A stretch of 32,000 bases of DNA from Desulfocapsa sulfexigens DSM 10523 (GTDB lineage: Bacteria; Desulfobacterota; Desulfobulbia; Desulfobulbales; Desulfocapsaceae): positions 450,001 to 482,000 of the forward strand of contig NC_020304.1 of NCBI RefSeq assembly GCF_000341395.1. Direction: 5' to 3'. Shown piece by piece: positions 9,058 through 17,232 of the stretch. Each line of letters begins with the position of its first letter. The first letter of the stretch is position 1. The notes beneath the pieces are model-generated. The model saw nothing but the letters and a program-made list of their open reading frames with translations, had not been told where the DNA came from and ran no database searches. The translations under genes and the position numbers were made by a program.

Positions 9058-9771
9058 TTATGCGGGCTGCAGGACACGACACTGTCTCAGGGCATCTGCG
9101 GCAATTTTCGAAACGGTCACAACAGAAATTTCTCCATCGCGATAGAGGCGGACCGACCGCTCGTCCTGCAGCAACGGCTCCAACTTCTTCTCAAAATCAA
9201 TGCCTCCAAGCAGACCCAGCCCCTTTGCCGCCAAGCCCCGCACTGTGGCATCCTGCGAGTTTAGGTAGGGGAGCAGATCAGGGACAACATCCTTCTCTAA
9301 CAGCAACTCCGCTCGTTTTTCTGCCAGCCTGCTAACACCCCACAGCAGACCGCGCTGCAATTCGGGAAGTTCGAGATAATTTCCATCCTGGTGTTCAAGA
9401 GGTCCGTCCGGACGCATGTATGAAATCAGCATATGAAGGTACTCATCACACAAACCGTCATGATGATACATGGCCTCCGCCATGGCCTCAGGAGCCCCCC
9501 ACCCGATACCGCCAGACTCATCATTAAGGCTCCAGAGATAACGGCGCATGACAATTCGTGCCGCCTCCATATTCTTATTGGCAAGACGGTTTAAGACTTC
9601 GCCGAAAATGGTCACAGTATGCCACCGCAACATCTCTTCGGGACGATACAGACCTGAGAAGAGGGGATTCACCAGCCCCTGTTCGTCAAACTTGGCAAGC
9701 TCTTCACGAGCATGATTCAAATCATTATCCGCTAAAAGAGCCAGAACCTCTTTTTTTATTTTTCTGTTCAT
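9058..9771 (-). CDS. HEAT-repeat protein (resembles the DVU0298 family of Desulfobacterota)
   Basis: 237 aa with RRYLWSLNDESGGIGWGAPEAMAEAM and a C-terminal HEAT-like repeat LLPYLNSQDATVRGLAAKGLGLLGG. It ends 15 nt upstream of the fusion gene on the same strand. Confidence 0.6.
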   Translation of the reverse strand: MNRKIKKEVLALLADNDLNHAREELAKFDEQGLVNPLFSGLYRPEEMLRWHTVTIFGEVLNRLANKNMEAARIVMRRYLWSLNDESGGIGWGAPEAMAEAMYHHDGLCDEYLHMLISYMRPDGPLEHQDGNYLELPELQRGLLWGVSRLAEKRAELLLEKDVVPDLLPYLNSQDATVRGLAAKGLGLLGGIDFEKKLEPLLQDERSVRLYRDGEISVVTVSKIAADALRQCRVLQPA

Positions 9772-9841
9772 TTACAAGTCTCCATAGGTGAGAATTACTA
9801 TCAAAAGTAAAATAAACACTCACCGGTGGAAAACAAGGTTA

Positions 9842-9869
9842 GCCCGCACTTCTCATGAGAAATGCGGGC
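9842..9869 (-). terminator. Stem-loop downstream of the ferritin gene
   Basis: GCCCGCAcTTCT-CATG-AGAAaTGCGGGC is a near-perfect 28-nt palindrome with one mismatch. It lies 11 nt past the ferritin stop. On the minus strand it is followed by TAACCTTGTTTTCC. Confidence 0.45.
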
Positions 9870-9879
9870 CAGGCCGTGA

Positions 9880-10383
9880 CTATTTTACCGGCATGGTGAA
9901 TACCCGCTTGGAAAGTTCCGAATCAAGCAGAAACAGTCCACTGGAATCATCACCGATCAGACGAAGACGGGCAACAATTTCACCCACGGTTGACTCCTCT
10001 TCAACCTGTTCGGTAATAAACCAGTCAAGAAAAGCCTTCGCTGCATGATCGCGAACATCAAGAGCAACGTCGATCAGATTGTTGATAAGGGCAGTTACCC
10101 CCTGCTCATGTGCCAGGATATGCTCAAAGGCCGCCAGTGGTGACTTCCATTCGGTCTCAGGCTTGGCTATCGCCTCGAACTCCATCCTACCTCCCCGTTC
10201 GTGAACATAATCATAAATCTTCATGCCATGAAACATCTCTTCCTGAACCTGACCACGCATCCATTTGGCAAAACCGCTGAGGCTGATAGATTGAAAATAG
10301 GACTCCATCGCCAGATACAAATAGCTGGAATACATTTCCGCGTTCACCTGTTTATTCAAGGCTTTTTCCATCTTTTTCTTCAT
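9880..10383 (-). CDS. ftn: Non-haem bacterial ferritin
   Basis: 167 aa with LNKQVNAEMYSSYLYLAMESYF and QEEMFHGMKIYDYVHERGG (ferroxidase-centre Glu/His context), typical of the Ftn family. Confidence 0.9.
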   Translation of the reverse strand: MKKKMEKALNKQVNAEMYSSYLYLAMESYFQSISLSGFAKWMRGQVQEEMFHGMKIYDYVHERGGRMEFEAIAKPETEWKSPLAAFEHILAHEQGVTALINNLIDVALDVRDHAAKAFLDWFITEQVEEESTVGEIVARLRLIGDDSSGLFLLDSELSKRVFTMPVK

Positions 10384-10564
10384 TTTTATACTCCTTGGTC
10401 ATTGTTTACTGATTATAAATGAATTGTAAAATCGAAACTCATATTACAGGGAGAAGGATTGATATGAAAGTACGAAAAGACCCCATAGACAATTTAACCA
10501 TTAGGCCCTTGATTCTGACCTCAGGGGTCAACAAACCATATAAAACGGCAAAAAGCAGCACATC

Positions 10565-11101
10565 CTATCTTTTTTCAACGAGGGGGGACAACACGTTTTC
10601 CGGAAAACGGCGACGGAAATTCCCTGGCGGGGAATATTGACAAACCCAAATATTGGCTCTCAGTGATTTTCCTGAGCGGCAGCCCGAAATATGGGCACAG
10701 CCGATTTCTTCAGTTGCCTTCCAGACAACCTGAGTGAAGTGACCTACTCCCGGAATATAGCCCGGCTCCTCATAGTCATACAACGCTTCTTCATCATACC
10801 ACATCTTCACAGTGGACCCAATGCCCATATCGTAGGAGGCCCAGGCCAGATTTTCGCCATACCTGGAGCCAGAATGCCCAGAGGGGCAGGTTTTCGCATG
10901 GACAAGAGCACTGGCCGCCACCTTCTCCGACCAGACAACTGAGGGTACACCGTGCAGCTTTCGATAGTAATTATGCGCAGTAAGCCACTGTTCGCTCTCC
11001 TCCGTGGGGGCAGCCATCAACCATCCAGGAACGAAGAAAAACAGGATAAACCCGGACAAGAGGACGAAACAGTATCCAGAAGCATCTCTAAACATAAACA
11101 T
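10565..11101 (-). CDS. Secreted CAP/SCP/PR-1 domain protein
   Basis: N-terminal signal-like segment (FVLLSGFILFFFVPGWLMAAP). CAP motifs HNYYRKLHGVP, YGENLAW and GHFTQVVWKATEEIGCA. Confidence 0.85.
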   Translation of the reverse strand: MFMFRDASGYCFVLLSGFILFFFVPGWLMAAPTEESEQWLTAHNYYRKLHGVPSVVWSEKVAASALVHAKTCPSGHSGSRYGENLAWASYDMGIGSTVKMWYDEEALYDYEEPGYIPGVGHFTQVVWKATEEIGCAHISGCRSGKSLRANIWVCQYSPPGNFRRRFPENVLSPLVEKR

Positions 11102-11138
11102 TTTGTTTACAGAAAAAGCATTCCCAAACAGCGAAGAA

Positions 11139-11168
11139 AACCATGTAATTAATTACTATTCCATGGTT
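11139..11168 (-). terminator. Candidate terminator/operator hairpin between the cNMP-protein gene and the CAP gene
   Basis: AACCATG ... CATGGTT is a 7-bp stem enclosing 16 nt, with the perfect palindrome GTAATTAATTAC (11145-11156) overlapping the 5-prime stem arm and the loop. On the minus strand it is followed by TTTCTTCGCTGTTT. It lies about 55 nt past the upstream gene stop. Confidence 0.35.
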
Positions 11169-11222
11169 AGTTTTCATAATCCAGCGAAAAACCTGGGCTA
11201 AAGTATATTCTCGAACAACTCT

Positions 11223-12293
11223 CTAGCCATTGTCATCAATACGCTTCATCCCTTCCATTAACATTCCCATAAAACCGCCCAGAATATCCAGTTCCATTTC
11301 CCGCTGACTCAATCCATGAACGAACTTAAACCGTCCCTCATTAATAGCCAGACAGTCGTAAAAAGCCTCCTGCCCTTCCTTGGAGTTATAGGTCGCAGAG
11401 ACAAGCTCTCCCTCGTTAAAGAGAAGGATGGCCTTTTCCTGCCCTACTTCCAGCTTCAACCGCCCTGTCTTCTGATTTGAATTAATCATCTGACACAGTT
11501 CAAGAGGTGGAATATCGGCAAGCTGACCAACCATCCCCGAAGCAAGTTCCTCGGCTCGTTGGAAATTGATAGTTGTAATGCGACTCACCAGCAGTTTATA
11601 AAAGAACACCTGAAGTGCAGGGAAACGATTCAGGACATGACGAAAGTTTTTCTGGCTGAGACTTGCAATCTGACAAGGTTCCATGGCCATTATAGTGGTG
11701 GTGACCCGATCTCCTGACAAAAGACTCATTTCACCAAAAACATCCCCTCGCTCCATCTCGGCAAGGGTCACCCCATCATCATCCATAACCTCCACCCTGC
11801 CATCTATGATGATAAACAGATTGGAGGCTGGGTCACCCTTCTGGAGAATTGGAAATCCCCAATTGTAATCGTCAAGTTTCAGGAGAGTGGCAAGATCGAG
11901 GAGATCGTCATCGGACAACGGTTGAAAAATATCAATGGTTCGCAGAAGACCTGCAAAGCGGGAAACAGACTTTAACTTTTCACGACGTTCCGCTGCAGCC
12001 AGCAGTCTCATCTGAATGGTGGAAAAATCTTTTTCTTTTTTAAATTCAAAACGAATAATGCCGGTGCAGCCGCCACACTCGAACTTTGTTTTCTGCCTGC
12101 TTCCCTGGAGATACAGCTCAAAGACAATATCCTCAGATGCAAGTGCAATGAGATCCCTCGTCAGGGTGAGACAGGTCGCCTTGGCTGCAGGGAGTCTCAA
12201 CACGCCTCCATCAACCTGCAACTCTTCACCGACGTTATACAGAGGGCAATGTCTCTCCTCAGTGATGACAAAGACACCATTTCGAAATTGCAT
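11223..12293 (-). CDS. Three-module regulator-like protein: Cys-rich N-terminal domain + cyclic-nucleotide-binding domain + DUF4388 (PATAN-like) domain
   Basis: Residues 1-85 carry C16, C41, C73 and C76 (HCP...ATC...ECGGC). The middle module has cNMP-binding motifs (ILQKGDPASNLFIIIDGRVEV...GDVFGEMSLLSG). The C-terminal module reads LADIPPLELCQMINSNQKTGRLKLE...LLFNEGELVSA, typical of DUF4388. Confidence 0.8.
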   Translation of the reverse strand: MQFRNGVFVITEERHCPLYNVGEELQVDGGVLRLPAAKATCLTLTRDLIALASEDIVFELYLQGSRQKTKFECGGCTGIIRFEFKKEKDFSTIQMRLLAAAERREKLKSVSRFAGLLRTIDIFQPLSDDDLLDLATLLKLDDYNWGFPILQKGDPASNLFIIIDGRVEVMDDDGVTLAEMERGDVFGEMSLLSGDRVTTTIMAMEPCQIASLSQKNFRHVLNRFPALQVFFYKLLVSRITTINFQRAEELASGMVGQLADIPPLELCQMINSNQKTGRLKLEVGQEKAILLFNEGELVSATYNSKEGQEAFYDCLAINEGRFKFVHGLSQREMELDILGGFMGMLMEGMKRIDDNG

Positions 12294-12342
12294 AGTCTAC
12301 CTTCTGCACCCGACAACCTGAGAAAAGCAACCGTCCATCGGA

Positions 12343-12675
12343 CTAATCGGAACGTCCAAAAAACAGATAAATAAGGAAACCGAGGAGCCCTGCCCCGCCA
12401 AATAGAACCGGAAGGATCTTACTTATCTGCAACTCATCCCCGACAACCAGAGTGGCCATATATTCCGTCCCACTCACCCACCAGACAGCAACAAACGCCG
12501 CAATAACAATAAGATCTTTGAAGGACTGTTTATACAGAAGATACAACACCATTGAAACAAAGGGAACCATGAACCACGGGTTACTGAAGAGACCGATAAC
12601 GTCAACATCCGCAACCTGCGCCCGAATCTGAGTTGATTCAATCCAGGCCCAAATATTTGTTAAAAAATCAGCCAT
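12343..12675 (-). CDS. Small integral membrane protein, function unknown
   Basis: About 110 aa with three hydrophobic helices (FMVPFVSMVLYLL, LIVIAAFVAVWWV, LPVLFGGAGLLGFLIYLFF). An AGAGGTGA RBS lies 7 nt before the ATG at 12675. The TTG at 12681 given by the ORF track is less likely. Confidence 0.55.
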   Translation of the reverse strand: MADFLTNIWAWIESTQIRAQVADVDVIGLFSNPWFMVPFVSMVLYLLYKQSFKDLIVIAAFVAVWWVSGTEYMATLVVGDELQISKILPVLFGGAGLLGFLIYLFFGRSD

Positions 12676-12976
12676 TAGCAAGTCACCTCTATTCTAAATA
12701 AACCTGACTACTCCTGAAAAAAAATACTGCAAAAGCTATTAAAAACAGTGTAGCTCACCGGCTCTTTTTTTTCACGGAACTTTTCTTGTCCAATGCGTTT
12801 CTTCAGAACCAGTAAACTGCTTAACTGTTCTGTTTTTTGCTTTTAACTACTAAAACAGTGTTTTCCTTCGCCGGCATTTATCAGATCTCCTGAAAATTAT
12901 TGCTGAGCTACTTCCTTATAACAACAAAACAGCAGGACAAAAAAACTCTTTTATACAGAGATATCGGAATCATTAA

Positions 12977-12991
12977 ACAGTATCATACTGT
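12977..12991. promoter_or_regulatory. Perfect 15-bp palindrome ACAGTATCATACTGT in the divergent control region
   Basis: Read directly from the sequence. The half-site CAGTAT recurs at 13068-13073 inside the palindrome AGTATACT. Confidence 0.3.
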
Positions 12992-13025
12992 CCTAAATCA
13001 GATTTCTTCTCGTATCAACAGAGCT

Positions 13026-13040
13026 GATCCTGACAGGATC
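13026..13040. promoter_or_regulatory. Perfect 15-bp palindrome GATCCTGACAGGATC just upstream of the candidate -35
   Basis: Read directly from the sequence. It ends 9 nt before the TTGACT hexamer at 13049. Confidence 0.3.
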
Positions 13041-13048
13041 AATCCTAT

Positions 13049-13076
13049 TTGACTTAGCACTATTATTCAGTATACT
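13049..13076 (+). promoter_or_regulatory. Sigma-70-like promoter candidate for the PBP / hybrid kinase operon
   Basis: TTGACT (13049-13054), a 16-nt spacer, then TATACT (13071-13076). This would give a roughly 105-nt leader before the ATG at 13189. Confidence 0.4.
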
Positions 13077-13188
13077 AAAAATATGTTTACAGTTATATTT
13101 CATTCGCCCCTAACCCCATAAAGACGCCATGCACTTTTCAGGTTTCTAATACTGCTTCCCCTGCAAACAGCTTAAAGGAGATTTTTCC

Positions 13189-14307
13189 ATGAAACTCCAG
13201 TCGCAGACTCTGATCCTGTTTTTGTCCTCCTTTTTTTTCCTCTCTTTTGTAACTTCCTGTAATCAACAGCAGCCACCGATAAAAATCGGTCTGGCAATTA
13301 ACCTCAGTGGCCGGGGAGGTGAAGCCGGGGAACATATCCGGGACGGGGCAATTCTTGCCGTAGACAACGTCAACAAGGCAGGTGGAATCAACGGTCGCTC
13401 TCTTGAACTGCTTATTCGCGACGACCAGAACAGCGATGAAGGCATCATACAAGCAGACGAGTCACTTATAGATGCAGGTGTAGTTGCTATCATCGGTCAC
13501 AGTTTTTCATCCAATACTATTAAAGCACATCCTCTTGTCACTTCACGTGATACCATACTCATCACAGCCTATACCGCATCCACCGAGCTCAGCGGCCAGG
13601 ATGATCTTTTTTTTCGAACTGCTGTCGACTGCTCGCTGTTTGGTAAAAAAATGGCCACCCTCCTGCAGAAAAAAGAAGTACAATCCGTGGCATTCCTCAT
13701 GGATATGACAAACTCTGCTTTCGTTCTCGATTACGTAAATCGTGTCCGGGCACATTTTACCGGCCCTGTCACCGAGGTGAAATTTAACTCCCGGGAACAT
13801 GCCGACTGGGACCGGATAATGGATGAGTTACTTGAACCACGGCGGGATGCAATTATTCTCCTTACCGAGGCGAGTATGACAGGAGTTGCTTTACAAAAAA
13901 TTGCTGCCACTGATTTCAACGGAAGCCGTATTGCGACTATCTGGGCTCAGACCCCGGAACTGATACGCCACGCCGGGGACAGCGCCGAGGGCCTGAGTAT
14001 CATCACCTATGTAGATCCAGATAACAGCCGTCCGGACTACCTCAAATTTGCCCGAGAAATTGAAGAAAAACTTCACAATAAGGCAACAGCCAGATCGACA
14101 AGAGCCTACGAGATGGTCATGATTCTGGCCGATGCTCTGGGGCGCTGTTCCAGCATAAGCAGTGGCGAACTGAAGAAGGCATTGCTTGCAGGAGAGTATG
14201 ATACCCTTATGGGGCACGTAAAATTTGACCAGTATGGCGATGTGGTGCGACCGGTATACGAAGTTATCGTGCGTGACAAACAATTTCGCAATAATGGAGA
14301 AATCTAA
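13189..14307 (+). CDS. Periplasmic substrate-binding lipoprotein, type 1 PBP (LivK / Leu-Ile-Val-binding family)
   Basis: AGGAG RBS 8 nt upstream. Signal peptide with lipobox VTSC. IKIGLAINLSGRGGEAGEHIRDGAILAVDNVNKAGGINGRSLELLIRDDQ is a typical LivK-family N-terminus. Confidence 0.85.
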   Translation: MKLQSQTLILFLSSFFFLSFVTSCNQQQPPIKIGLAINLSGRGGEAGEHIRDGAILAVDNVNKAGGINGRSLELLIRDDQNSDEGIIQADESLIDAGVVAIIGHSFSSNTIKAHPLVTSRDTILITAYTASTELSGQDDLFFRTAVDCSLFGKKMATLLQKKEVQSVAFLMDMTNSAFVLDYVNRVRAHFTGPVTEVKFNSREHADWDRIMDELLEPRRDAIILLTEASMTGVALQKIAATDFNGSRIATIWAQTPELIRHAGDSAEGLSIITYVDPDNSRPDYLKFAREIEEKLHNKATARSTRAYEMVMILADALGRCSSISSGELKKALLAGEYDTLMGHVKFDQYGDVVRPVYEVIVRDKQFRNNGEI

Positions 14308-17232
14308 GTGGCACCACAACCTCTGCGCAGAAAGATCAACCGAATTCTCTCCCTTGTCGCGGTTGCCATATTTTTTATCGTTTTCCTTCTTACCGGAGTA
14401 AGTGAATACAGGGAAACTCGAGCCGAAGACACCGCAGTCATGCGGGCCAGAATCGATGTGGCCCGTACACTCACCAGGGATGTCCTGTTTCATGTAGATG
14501 CCATGGTACAGAAGGTGTTGCAATCCCACCCGAACAACCCAGCCACAATCCTCTCACAACTGGCTTCGTCCCACTATTTTGAACTCCATGACGACAGTTT
14601 TTACGTACTCGACCCCCAGGGCAGAGTCTCCCTTATTTCTGAGCCGTACATCAATTATACAGGACTTGACTTCAGCGCCATGATTTCAACGAAATCAACA
14701 CCGAAGCAACAGGTGCAGCATCATTACAAGTCTCTCCTGACAAATCGTTCCGTAGTGACCCTCCAGTACCCACTCGATAATGGATACCTGCTGGTGGTGG
14801 AGCGTAATCTGGCAAACATTACTCCGGTCCTGGCCAGTTTTGAGGACGGAAAACTGTTTCCAGGTGAGCTCTTCTTTGTCCTGTCAACTGACGGTCGGAC
14901 GATTTATCACCCGAACCGCTCCTTAATGGAAACCCGCCATAACCTTGGTTTTGATCTAAAAGAGGTCTCCAGACCTGATAGCAGTGGACTTTTTTCTTTT
15001 TTCTACAAGGGCCAGAAGTATATCGCTCTCAGCGAACGGTTCACGGAGCCAGACAACTGGACCATCTACTACTGCATCCCCAACAAGGTAATAATGGAGA
15101 AAACCCAGGATTTCCTTATCATTCAACTTCTGTCCCTGCTCTTTTTCTTCGCTCTGCTCTTTTGTGTGTTCCGAATTGTTTTCAACAGGTTTTTCTCACG
15201 GCCGGTAAACAATATTGTTGAAGTCCTGAAGCATTCCGGACAGGGTAATAGACTCACTCTATCTCCTGACACATCAGGAGGCATTCTGGAGTTTGAAACC
15301 ATTGCGGGAGCTATCAGCTCCAGAGACGAAGAGATATTCAAAACTGCCGAGCGTTTCCGTATCCTCCTCGACAGCCTGGACGCACTTGTTTACGTCGCTG
15401 ATATGGAGACCTACGAACTCATTTTTGTGAATAGTTATGGACGAAAGATTTACGGTGAGGCTGTTGGCAGGAAATGCTACGAAGCTTTACAAAAGGGGCA
15501 GGATGCCCCCTGTGAGTTCTGTACCAACCACCTGCTGGTGGACTCAGATGGAAAGCCCACGAAGGTTCATATCTGGGAGTTTCAGAACACTCTCACCGGG
15601 CAGTGGTACCAGTGCCGGGATCAGGCAGTTTACTGGACAGACGGCAGACTGGTGCGCATGGAAATTGCCACCGACATCAGCGACAGAAAAGATTCGGAAG
15701 ACGCGCTCCAGGCTGAAAAAGAACGCTTGAGCGTAACCCTGCGCTCCATTGGAGATGGTGTTATCACCACTGACGTTGAAGGCAACATCATCTTTTTAAA
15801 TAAGGTTGCAGAAGAACTTAGCGGCTGGACCAGTGAAGACGCCAAAGGCAAGCCATCCACCCAGGTTTTTAATATAATAAACGAAAAAACCGGCCAGAAA
15901 TGTGTCAGCCCGGTGCAACGGGTCATAGAACTCGGCAGAATCATCGGCCTTGCCAATCATACGGCCCTCATAGCAAAAGATGGCACTATACGATCCATTG
16001 CAGACAGCGGCGCCCCGATCAGGGACAGAGAGAGTAACATCATAGGTGTTGTCCTTGTCTTCCGTGACACTACTCACGAAAAAAAATTGGAGGAAGAGTT
16101 GCTTAAAACCAGGAAACTGGAATCACTCGGGGTACTTGCCGGTGGTATAGCCCACGATTTCAACAACATTCTCTCAGCCATCCTTGGCAACATCGAGTTG
16201 GCCGGCTACCGGATTGCAAAGGAAGACACCAGAACGGCGTCTCTACTCACAGATGCCGGGAAAGCAACGAAAAGGGCTGCAAAGCTCACAGAGCAATTAC
16301 TTACTTTTTCCAAAGGCGGTGAACCGGTTCGGGAAATCATAGAACTTCCAGCATTTATAGCCGAATCGGCAGATTTTGTGCTTCATGGGAGTCGGATCGT
16401 CTGTAACTACAACTTTCCAGAAGACCTCTGGAGGGTTGACGTGGATAGTGGCCAGATCGGTCAGGTTATTCAGAACATTATCATCAATGCAAAACATGCC
16501 ATGCCCGAAGGCGGCACCATAACAATCAGCTGCACGAACATTGAAGATACCGCTGCAGAGGCACTTCTAAGCGTGGACAAGGGTGATTATGTCCGCGTAA
16601 CTATCCAGGATACAGGCGTGGGCATTCCCAGAGAAATCATAGACAAAATATTTGATCCCTATTTCACGACAAAAAAAGAAGGCAGTGGGCTTGGGCTTGC
16701 AATCTGTCACTCAATCATCAATAAACACGATGGGTATCTCACCGTTCATTCCACCATCGGAAAAGGGACAACGTTCACCCTGTACCTGCCTGCTGTACGT
16801 TCCAGGGCAGGGACAAACAGCACTGCAAGAAAAACGAAGAGTACAGCAGCAAGTAAAGCGGCCAGGATAATGATCATGGATGATGAAGAGATGCTGAGGG
16901 ATGTAGCAGCCTCGCAGCTTGCCTTTCTAGGTCATGAAGCGGTTGCGGTGAATGATGGAATCCAGGCAGTCAACAGGTATCAGGAACTGCAGGATAATGG
17001 CACCCCCGTTGATCTCGTAATTATGGATTTAACCATTCCCGGCGGCATGGGTGGACAGGAAGCAGCAGAAAAACTCATCGAGATTGACTCCAATGTGAAA
17101 ATAATTGTCGCCAGTGGGTATTCCAATGACCCGGTGATGGCCAACTACCGGAAATATGGATTTGTTGCCGCTATCGCAAAGCCATTTGATTTGAAACAGT
17201 TGAGTAATACCATAGCATCAATTTTGGACTAA
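14308..17232 (+). CDS. Hybrid sensor histidine kinase/response regulator (periplasmic sensor domain, TM, 2 PAS, HisKA, HATPase_c, REC)
   Basis: The GTG start directly follows the PBP stop, with GGAGA 8 nt upstream. Two TM helices (about aa 13-31 and 270-293) bracket a ~240-aa periplasmic domain. H-box GGIAHDFNNIL, N-box IQNIIINAKHAM, DTGVGIP, GSGLGLAICHSI. Receiver domain with IMIMDDE...DLVIMDLTIPGGMGG...AKP. Confidence 0.9.
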   Translation: MAPQPLRRKINRILSLVAVAIFFIVFLLTGVSEYRETRAEDTAVMRARIDVARTLTRDVLFHVDAMVQKVLQSHPNNPATILSQLASSHYFELHDDSFYVLDPQGRVSLISEPYINYTGLDFSAMISTKSTPKQQVQHHYKSLLTNRSVVTLQYPLDNGYLLVVERNLANITPVLASFEDGKLFPGELFFVLSTDGRTIYHPNRSLMETRHNLGFDLKEVSRPDSSGLFSFFYKGQKYIALSERFTEPDNWTIYYCIPNKVIMEKTQDFLIIQLLSLLFFFALLFCVFRIVFNRFFSRPVNNIVEVLKHSGQGNRLTLSPDTSGGILEFETIAGAISSRDEEIFKTAERFRILLDSLDALVYVADMETYELIFVNSYGRKIYGEAVGRKCYEALQKGQDAPCEFCTNHLLVDSDGKPTKVHIWEFQNTLTGQWYQCRDQAVYWTDGRLVRMEIATDISDRKDSEDALQAEKERLSVTLRSIGDGVITTDVEGNIIFLNKVAEELSGWTSEDAKGKPSTQVFNIINEKTGQKCVSPVQRVIELGRIIGLANHTALIAKDGTIRSIADSGAPIRDRESNIIGVVLVFRDTTHEKKLEEELLKTRKLESLGVLAGGIAHDFNNILSAILGNIELAGYRIAKEDTRTASLLTDAGKATKRAAKLTEQLLTFSKGGEPVREIIELPAFIAESADFVLHGSRIVCNYNFPEDLWRVDVDSGQIGQVIQNIIINAKHAMPEGGTITISCTNIEDTAAEALLSVDKGDYVRVTIQDTGVGIPREIIDKIFDPYFTTKKEGSGLGLAICHSIINKHDGYLTVHSTIGKGTTFTLYLPAVRSRAGTNSTARKTKSTAASKAARIMIMDDEEMLRDVAASQLAFLGHEAVAVNDGIQAVNRYQELQDNGTPVDLVIMDLTIPGGMGGQEAAEKLIEIDSNVKIIVASGYSNDPVMANYRKYGFVAAIAKPFDLKQLSNTIASILD

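Noticed and set aside
10390-10450. Fur-box-like AT-rich sequence (GATTATAAATGAATTGTAA) upstream of the ferritin gene.
   Set aside because: It matches GATAATGATAATCATTATC at only about a third of positions by eye and has no dyad symmetry. That is insufficient to call an operator.
10419-10640. 73-aa plus-strand ORF between the ferritin and CAP genes.
   Set aside because: There is no RBS, the translation is basic and low in complexity, and its 3-prime part overlaps the CAP gene end antisense. It is more likely promoter and terminator space for the flanking minus-strand genes.
15511-15528. Possible haem-c attachment motif in the kinase PAS domain (CEFCTNH).
   Set aside because: The motif is CxxCT with His two residues later, not CxxCH, and the domain is cytoplasmic. 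It is kept only as a generic Cys-cluster observation.
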